From the IMG/VR virus record IMGVR_UViG_3300025362_000477: a DNA stretch of 64,000 nucleotides; one strand, given 5' to 3'. The stretch's first letter is position 1. Every line of letters begins with the position of its first letter. The position numbers and the translations under genes are program-made. This document shows, piece by piece, positions 57,561 through 64,000 of the stretch. The stretch comes from a virus. Lineage: Duplodnaviria > Caudoviricetes. The notes beneath the pieces were generated by a model. The model ran no database searches, was not told the DNA's origin, and saw only the letters and a list, made by a program, of their open reading frames with translations.

Positions 57561-58295
57561 TCAATCACCACGTATAACTGGCGAACTTATCTTAAATTTA
57601 GATACTTCCAATCCCATTTCTACTTCATCAACTATACTTTTAATTTTAAAAATCCTTGAAATTTTAGGTGGTCTAAATAAATAACATAACCTTACAGATG
57701 CAAATGTCCAAATATTTGTGTCTCTTCCACACTGAGGACAACATCTATAAAATTCCTTCGAATCAACACACTTATCTTGTTTATCATCCCACAGGTGTCT
57801 CTTAAAAAATATATCACACGGACAAGCATATCTTACATGCCAATCCCCATGTCGAATTTTATAACCCTGTGATATATATTCAAGATGTTCAATGATAACC
57901 TTAATAGCAAGTAATGACCAATTTTTCAACCATCCAGTTTTCTGTAATCTACTTTTATTAATGAAGTGATATATAACAGCATTTTCATCATTGATAGAAC
58001 GAGTATACGCTAAAATTATATCAGAACGCTCTTGATACTTTTCTGGTTCAGTTGAATGTTTATACAATGACTTCATCATAGCATCATAAGTATCTCTAAG
58101 AATCCCAGAATCATTAAAGATCCTTTGTTGAAGGTTATCGTTCTCAAAGTTGAGTAGAAATTCCTCATAATCAATATTCTGGAGATGCAATAATTCATCG
58201 AATGTAAAAGAATCAATCACATCATAATAGTAATCATTAATATCATTCTTAATCGTTTTTTCGTCTTTCTGTTCTTCGGTTTTTAATTCGCTCAT
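57561..58295 (-). CDS. Hypothetical protein with C-terminal Cys motif
   Basis: 244 aa; CPC...CCPQC. Confidence 0.6.
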   Translation of the reverse strand: MSELKTEEQKDEKTIKNDINDYYYDVIDSFTFDELLHLQNIDYEEFLLNFENDNLQQRIFNDSGILRDTYDAMMKSLYKHSTEPEKYQERSDIILAYTRSINDENAVIYHFINKSRLQKTGWLKNWSLLAIKVIIEHLEYISQGYKIRHGDWHVRYACPCDIFFKRHLWDDKQDKCVDSKEFYRCCPQCGRDTNIWTFASVRLCYLFRPPKISRIFKIKSIVDEVEMGLEVSKFKISSPVIRGD

Positions 58296-59079
58296 TTGAG
58301 TCTAATACCTCTTGTAAAAGTTTTGATTCATATCCATGGTTCCGAGCAAATTCATTAAGGGCCGAAACATCTTTGGGTAAACACTTACCCGAGAATGGAT
58401 AATCATTTTCTTTGAATACTGAAGTATGCATCGGATTCAATCTCGGATCCAATAACCATAACTCTCTCACAGTATTCCAATCAATTCCTATAGTTTCACA
58501 TATTTCATTAATTTCATAGCAAAAAGCTATCTTCATAGCATAAAAACTATTCTCCATATATTTAGTAAGCTCTGCCTCTTCAAATGTACACTGGACATAT
58601 TTCTTTACAGGTCCAGCTACTGGCATGAAAATATCAACCATTTTTGAAGTATCTTCCGAATCTCCACCAAATATGAAGAATGGAGTTTCAACTACATCCG
58701 AATGAAAGCTATAAGGAGTCCAATAAGTACTCTCACCACAATATTCAGGAGAAAATACAATTCTTTTATTATTCATTTCTGATAATTGTCGAGTAGTACC
58801 AATCTCTATTGTTGATTTTAATAAAACTAAATCAGTTTCTAACCAATTAAATACATCATAAATATATGATAAGTCACATTTCCCATCATCACTTCTCGGA
58901 GTTGGAACACACACTACACCTAAATCACAACTATTAGTTTCTTCTTTATCGACTAATGCAATATCAGGAAATTCATCAGTCCCAATAAATGGGTCATGAA
59001 CAACAACCTCATAATGATGTTTGAAAAACTCATACATCGCCTTGCCTACATATCCATACCCAATAATTGCAATTTTCAT
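58249..59079 (-). CDS. UDP-glucose/GDP-mannose dehydrogenase family protein (short, no C-terminal domain)
   Basis: IIGYGYVG, CVPTP, KST, FSPE, AELTKYMEN, FSGKCLPKD; start ATG 59079. Confidence 0.85.
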   Translation of the reverse strand: MKIAIIGYGYVGKAMYEFFKHHYEVVVHDPFIGTDEFPDIALVDKEETNSCDLGVVCVPTPRSDDGKCDLSYIYDVFNWLETDLVLLKSTIEIGTTRQLSEMNNKRIVFSPEYCGESTYWTPYSFHSDVVETPFFIFGGDSEDTSKMVDIFMPVAGPVKKYVQCTFEEAELTKYMENSFYAMKIAFCYEINEICETIGIDWNTVRELWLLDPRLNPMHTSVFKENDYPFSGKCLPKDVSALNEFARNHGYESKLLQEVLDSNERIKNRRTERRKND

Positions 59080-59108
59080 ATCTATTCCTCTAATTTTAAT
59101 TAATAAAA

Positions 59109-59138
59109 ATCCCATATAGTTTTTGTTCTATAGGGGAT
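59109..59138 (-). promoter_or_regulatory. Hairpin enclosing the promoter-like motif TAGAACAAAA
   Basis: ATCCC-a-TATAG/CTATA-g-GGGAT stem; the motif spans the loop. Confidence 0.35.
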
Positions 59139-59150
59139 CAGAGGAATTCT

Positions 59151-60653
59151 CTACATTATCATTGTATTTTCTCGGCATTGAGTAAATGTCATATCTCTCA
59201 TTATATCACCATTATAAAATACATCTTCCAATATATCATCACCAGGTGTATCAAATGGGACAGTCATAAACTTATTACCAGACATATTATTTCGAATCAA
59301 CTTGAAACGACCACGTTTAGATGCTTTACTAATATCCAAAGGTTTCTTCCATACATCCTTCCATGTATCTTCTCCGATTTGACGGGCACTACATTTAAAC
59401 GCAAATCGCTGATCATCTCGATTAACTTTCTGTAACAGTCCACCACCACAACCGAATCCAGTATTCTGAGCTGCATATTCATTCATGGTAATTGTATTGT
59501 GGATTCCTCGCATACCATTATAATCAATACCATCACCCCATATTGATCCAACCTTTGGATTCAATACAAGATAATTCTTTGAGTTTCGACTAGTGCCAAA
59601 TACAGATTCAAGCATCTGATTAACTTCTAATGATACACTATCAGGATCTCCACTATCAGGACGAAAAACTAACTTTCCATCTCTAGCTAAAATTTCATCT
59701 TTAAGTTCACGAGCATACTGAAGAATGAATCTCTGATAATTATAACTATCAATCACACATGCTACAACACCAGTTGGATTTTCTCGAACCAAATTATGAA
59801 AAATATCCTTTTCACCTGATTCTCCATTCGCAGTCATGATACTATGTTCAGTAGCAATGATTGAATATCCAAGTCCGTCATATGAAGGCATGTTGTAATA
59901 TTTTCTGATATGCTTAAGAGCCGATACAGTATCAGTACCTAAGAAATTCAGAAGATGCCCAGAACCCTGATGAACGGATGATTCATAACTTGAAACACCC
60001 CTAGCGCCAAAATCATGTAACATATATGGTAATACAGCATCTATCATATTATCATCACAAGTTTTATCAAGGTAATGACGAATCATTTTCTTAATCTCGT
60101 AACTCAATGTTGCTGTAGTTGATGATGCCCATACTCGAGTTAATAATGTTTCAACATAATTAGTAAGAGAAGCACATATCGGACCACCATTATTCTTAAC
60201 AGTCATTAAGACATTTGACTTCTCAACTGGAAGACCTTCAGGGACAGCCCGAATAGTTAAAGGAAGCTTTCCACCCCACTCTTTAAGAATATGTTGCCAC
60301 ATTTCTTTATTGAATGTAGTGTGATTTCCAAAATGAGAAAAGAATAACTCATCAGCATCATCAATCAATTCTTGAGTAACAACTATACCAGTCAAGTATT
60401 TCTTAACGATATACTGCAGACCATAGAATATAGTGTTATTATATTTCGCTCCATTTCTAGATTCAAAATATGAATAAATTGATATCGTATCTCTTGGATA
60501 TAAAGGCCAATGCCCTACCTTGTAACTATCAACATCAGTAATAATACTATATGTATCCATCCCTCGATCAGTTACTATTTTATTGATTTCATCCAGTGAA
60601 AAATAATCACGCTTTCCATATAAATTAAACAATTCTTGTTTACAATCTATCAT
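59151..60653 (-). CDS. nadV: Nicotinamide phosphoribosyltransferase (NAMPT)
   Basis: DSYKVGH, HDFGARG, ATEHS, DSY, RPDSGD, GDG, FGCGGGLLQK, FAFK. Confidence 0.93.
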   Translation of the reverse strand: MIDCKQELFNLYGKRDYFSLDEINKIVTDRGMDTYSIITDVDSYKVGHWPLYPRDTISIYSYFESRNGAKYNNTIFYGLQYIVKKYLTGIVVTQELIDDADELFFSHFGNHTTFNKEMWQHILKEWGGKLPLTIRAVPEGLPVEKSNVLMTVKNNGGPICASLTNYVETLLTRVWASSTTATLSYEIKKMIRHYLDKTCDDNMIDAVLPYMLHDFGARGVSSYESSVHQGSGHLLNFLGTDTVSALKHIRKYYNMPSYDGLGYSIIATEHSIMTANGESGEKDIFHNLVRENPTGVVACVIDSYNYQRFILQYARELKDEILARDGKLVFRPDSGDPDSVSLEVNQMLESVFGTSRNSKNYLVLNPKVGSIWGDGIDYNGMRGIHNTITMNEYAAQNTGFGCGGGLLQKVNRDDQRFAFKCSARQIGEDTWKDVWKKPLDISKASKRGRFKLIRNNMSGNKFMTVPFDTPGDDILEDVFYNGDIMRDMTFTQCRENTMIM

Positions 60654-61590
60654 TGATATTTCCTTTCTTTAATTCAATAGCAGTCCACCCTTTGGACTTA
60701 CCTCTTGTAACTTTTCGATTTTCTAATCCTGCATTTACTAACCCATTAAATGAACCCAAATTATTATCTCTACAAAAATTACCCAATCCAGCCATTACAA
60801 TAAATTCCGTATTATTTGGATCCAAAACTTTCCATTTTTTAGATTTTCCATTTTTGGAACCTTTATTACACCCATTTTTTAATAACGATTCTGAAATTTT
60901 TTTCTTTTCAACTTCAGATAACTTATGTCCAAACCTAGGATTTCTATCACCAGTTAAACTATTTCTAATTTTCTGTTTAGTTTCATTACTACAAATTCTA
61001 TTTTTATATTTTTTATTAAATTCTTCCACTGTCCATGATCTTATAGTATTCTTTAATTTTTTTGATTGTCTATCTCTTTGTTCTTTAGGAACAGTTTTTC
61101 CAGTCATCCAATTCTTGGATCCTTTATGAGAATCTGATTGTCGTTTTAAATATTCAGGCGATCTCACCCAATCAGATGCTGGATGATTTTTTCCTTTTAA
61201 TCCAAACATTGCATTTTTAGCACCACGATTATCAGGAGCAGTATCACCACCAGATGTCATATTTGTTAATGGGCCTGTTTTCAAATCAGACCTACCTATT
61301 TTTAATATAAGATCAATTTCTAGGTTTTTAGCATCATCTTTAAAGACATTTGTTACAATCTTAAATATAATTGGAGATTTCCCATTTTTCCAGATTTTTT
61401 GAATAGTATTTATTTTATGTTTATTTCCTTTAATAGTTGGGTATTTCCTAGCTTCATTTAGGTGGTCTAGATGTCTCTTGTTTTGACCATAACCAACATA
61501 AAATGGTTCATACTCATATTCTAAATCATAATATTTAAACGGACCCTTCTTCAGTGGATTTAAATAAATGTACGTAAAAAATTTCTTCAT
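60640..61590 (-). mobile_element. GIY-YIG (LEM-3-like) homing endonuclease with NUMOD3
   Basis: FTYIYLNP...FYVGYG...RHLDH, GPLTNMTSGGD, NPRFGHKLSEVEKKKIS. Confidence 0.8.
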
Positions 61591-61609
61591 TTTATCTACC
61601 TCACTTTTA

Positions 61610-61619
61610 ATTTATTCTA
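61610..61619 (-). promoter_or_regulatory. Candidate promoter motif TAGAATAAAT
   Basis: 20 nt upstream of the endonuclease ATG. Confidence 0.4.
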
Positions 61620-61642
61620 ACGAAGTAGATAAAAGAATTAAC

Positions 61643-62587
61643 TTATATTTTACATTTTTTATTTTTTAAATGATGAATTAAATCATCCATCAAAACATGA
61701 TGTTCATCCACAAGATCTTTATGTGATATATTATCATAATCATCATCACAAAAATCACTAATTGAAAACCATCGGACTTCACATATATCATCACCGGGTT
61801 CCACTGGTCCATGCATATATGTACAAGTGAAAAATGTAGTCAATAGTTTGTCAATTTCTCCTTCATATCTCCAATCATCAACTCTATGACTACTAACATA
61901 TGTAATATCACCTATCGATATGCCACCAGCTTCTTCACGAACTTCGCGGGCTACAGTATGTTCCAAACACTTATCAGTTGGATCAACAAATCCACCAATG
62001 AATCGATATTTCTTTTCATGCGGTTTTCTTCCAAGAAGCAACTTCTTCCTATCATCCTTCAGAATAGCCGCATCAATAGTTGGCCATACTTTGGGGTATT
62101 GATTTGAAGCAGCCCATATCACACCTTCTCTGAATTGTGGTGAACATCTCACCTTTCTTGAGGCAGACCTTCTGAGTTCAGTTCCAGATATAGTCCGATC
62201 AGGAATCAATTCTACAGTTTCATGTTTCCCATCATAATGACTGATGAATGAATCACGGCTACCATACAATACAGCTGTCTGGTTTGGACTTACTATATCA
62301 TTAATCGAAGAATCAAGTATCTTAGACCATGCACTATCATCAACCATATCTTTAATATATAGAACAATTGCTTCTGGATATTCATCCAATATCATTTGTT
62401 TGCGTGCTTCAAAATCCAGTGGGTTCTTAAATGTAACCCGTGTTGGACTCAAACCCAAGAATATGATAACTTTATCATGTTCTTTCATGACTGTATCAAT
62501 CAAGTCAGTATGTGCTTCATGCAGATATGGTACTTGAAACCTAGCCACTATAACTCCTACGTCTCCCGTCGTCTTTGTTCTTTCCAT
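61643..62587 (-). CDS. Bifunctional NMN adenylyltransferase / NUDIX hydrolase (NadM-Nudix, KVP40 NatV-like)
   Basis: ARFQVPYLHEAH (HxxH), SGTELR, NUDIX box GGFVD...LE..VAREVREEAG. Confidence 0.92.
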   Translation of the reverse strand: MERTKTTGDVGVIVARFQVPYLHEAHTDLIDTVMKEHDKVIIFLGLSPTRVTFKNPLDFEARKQMILDEYPEAIVLYIKDMVDDSAWSKILDSSINDIVSPNQTAVLYGSRDSFISHYDGKHETVELIPDRTISGTELRRSASRKVRCSPQFREGVIWAASNQYPKVWPTIDAAILKDDRKKLLLGRKPHEKKYRFIGGFVDPTDKCLEHTVAREVREEAGGISIGDITYVSSHRVDDWRYEGEIDKLLTTFFTCTYMHGPVEPGDDICEVRWFSISDFCDDDYDNISHKDLVDEHHVLMDDLIHHLKNKKCKI

Positions 62588-62652
62588 GTTACCCTCCTTA
62601 GTATCTATGGAATTATATTGATCTTGTACTTAACAATTAACAGTACTCTTAT

Positions 62653-62778
62653 TTATTTAAAACAGAAAAATACTCCACACTTATTACAAACACCACCAGC
62701 ACCCACACATCCCGTAAAATCATGTTCGCATTCTTCATTATCCAAACATTCATTGGATAGTTTCAATCCATCATCCAT
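62653..62778 (-). CDS. Cys-rich 41-aa peptide
   Basis: Not in track. MDDGLKLSNECLDNEECEHDFTGCVGAGGVCNKCGVFFCFK; GAGG RBS. Confidence 0.45.
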   Translation of the reverse strand: MDDGLKLSNECLDNEECEHDFTGCVGAGGVCNKCGVFFCFK

Positions 62779-62798
62779 TCTAACTTCCTCTATTTAAC

Positions 62799-63344
62799 TT
62801 AACCCCAAGGCCAAGGAACTTTTCCCATGAGAGCCAATATAAAATATATTATCGATGCAACTGTAATAAATATCATCATTGGAATAACCATGATAGCAAT
62901 AGCATTTGCAGCTTTTCCATATAATTTAAATCTACCAAATTGAACTACGTTCCCTTCTAATAAAGTTTTGAAATTTTCACTAGCTTTGAATGATGTTTCA
63001 GATACTGACTTGGCAGTATTTGCGATCTCTAAAGTATTAGAAGATATCTTTTTTATATCTTCAATTTCTTTTCTCAGGGTGCTACATTCTACCACTAATG
63101 TATCAGCAATAGTAACAAGACTATTTTGCCTATTTCCGTTACCATATAATGTTTTGGAATAATCTTGTATTGAATGATCCAAATTCTGAAGTAGTGCAGT
63201 CAGTTCAATACCGGCAGCTCGAGTAATAGATACTGACTCAATTAATTTAGAAACATCAGATTCATTTCGATCAACACGAGCTTTCATCATTGCCACTTGA
63301 GCATCTAATTCCATAACATTATCCCTCAAACTGTTCATTTGCAT
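62799..63344 (-). CDS. Coiled-coil protein with C-terminal membrane anchor
   Basis: 181 aa; heptad N-terminus and long hydrophobic C-terminus. Confidence 0.65.
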   Translation of the reverse strand: MQMNSLRDNVMELDAQVAMMKARVDRNESDVSKLIESVSITRAAGIELTALLQNLDHSIQDYSKTLYGNGNRQNSLVTIADTLVVECSTLRKEIEDIKKISSNTLEIANTAKSVSETSFKASENFKTLLEGNVVQFGRFKLYGKAANAIAIMVIPMMIFITVASIIYFILALMGKVPWPWG

Positions 63345-63822
63345 CCGGATAATCAGGATCAGCCGGAATAGTCACACATAATAATACACCAGTTTCTATA
63401 CATTCAACAGAATGCGGTTCTCCTGGTGGAATTACTAATAAATCTTTATGATGAATTTCATAATTTTCTAATTCTCCATTTTTATTTTTCATTCTTACAA
63501 TCGCACAACCAGCAAGGCCATAAACAATCTCATAACAACCCGCTGCATGATTATTATGAAAATGACTAGATATAACAGAACCCCTATCAATATATGCTAA
63601 ACATGCTCCCAGATATCGATTTTTAAAAAAGCCCTCTAAACAAATATTACTACCCTCAAGTGACCTCAATACAGTAGCCTCAGTCTCAGTATCTCGTAAT
63701 TTTTTCAATCTAACAGGAATCAAATTTGACGCTAACCGTAATTTATGAAGAACAGAATCATAATCTAGATCATCTTTTTGTAAATGATTCTTACTAGGAA
63801 TATAAATTTTGTTAGTCGCCAT
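63319..63822 (-). CDS. Cupin-domain protein
   Basis: HFH...E..Y...G and LVIPPGEPHSV cupin motifs. Confidence 0.7.
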   Translation of the reverse strand: MATNKIYIPSKNHLQKDDLDYDSVLHKLRLASNLIPVRLKKLRDTETEATVLRSLEGSNICLEGFFKNRYLGACLAYIDRGSVISSHFHNNHAAGCYEIVYGLAGCAIVRMKNKNGELENYEIHHKDLLVIPPGEPHSVECIETGVLLCVTIPADPDYPDANEQFEG

Positions 63823-63856
63823 TTCTCTTTCACCTCTCGAATAAATTAAAGGATAA

Positions 63857-63875
63857 TATTTTATAATTTATTCGG
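63857..63875 (-). promoter_or_regulatory. Candidate promoter CCGAATAAATTATAAAATA
   Basis: Identical to 17839-17857; part of the inverted repeat GAATAAATTA...TAATTTATTC (63839-63873). Confidence 0.5.
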
Positions 63876-64000
63876 AAAAGAATTAATATAATGGGGTTCT
63901 TTTGATGGATTAAAAATTCCTATTAAACTGTAAGTGAATATTCACTATTCATAGTTTTAAATTTAATTTCCTTATTAGTGGCTGAAATAATCTCAATTAC

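Noticed and set aside
738-62797. Numerous plus-strand ORFs in the track (e.g. 738..998, 1860..2273, 28147..28455, 47379..47921, 60653..61129)
   Set aside because: They are antisense shadows of long minus-strand genes, lack RBS and have no recognisable motifs. Only 49928..50641 is accepted.
1-64000. Stop-codon recoding (as in Lak or crAss-like phages)
   Set aside because: Conserved genes are full length under the standard code, and TAA, TAG and TGA all end genes with coupled downstream starts.

Overview
A 64 kb AT-rich segment (roughly 30% GC by eye) of a large tailed phage (jumbo-phage type) genome. It uses the standard genetic code and strong Shine-Dalgarno sites. Almost every gene is on the minus strand; the one convincing plus-strand gene is 49928..50641. 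Core genes: T4-gp17-like large terminase, a tape-measure-like run-off ORF, unsplit beta and beta-prime subunits of a phage multi-subunit RNA polymerase, SbcCD (gp46/47-like), NAD-dependent ligase and a RecD/Dda-like helicase. Metabolic genes: FolE, QueC-like, class II glutamine amidotransferase, NAMPT, NMNAT-NUDIX and a macrodomain. Mobile or defence genes: four free-standing homing endonucleases, an HNH remnant, and an EcoRI-family methylase with a frameshifted DUF262-HNH partner. Two systems stand out. (1) Nine otherwise dissimilar small acidic proteins begin with an almost invariant N-terminal peptide, MKxRx[GS][FL]VSNSSS[SA]S[FS][IV]. They form two tandem arrays, one next to a radical SAM-SPASM/twitch enzyme with a CX7CX2C motif and one running into the GATase/QueC-like genes. 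(2) An apparently complete phage ubiquitin-like conjugation operon (Ubl, E2-like, E1/ThiF, JAB), plus a second degenerate E1-Ubl-E2 module two genes upstream of the RNAP genes. Also found: unannotated RHH-plus-endonuclease cassettes, a 110-nt tRNA-like element with an aberrant anticodon arm, recurring promoter-like motifs and several long intergenic palindromes. All family assignments come from reading motifs by eye; no database search was run.
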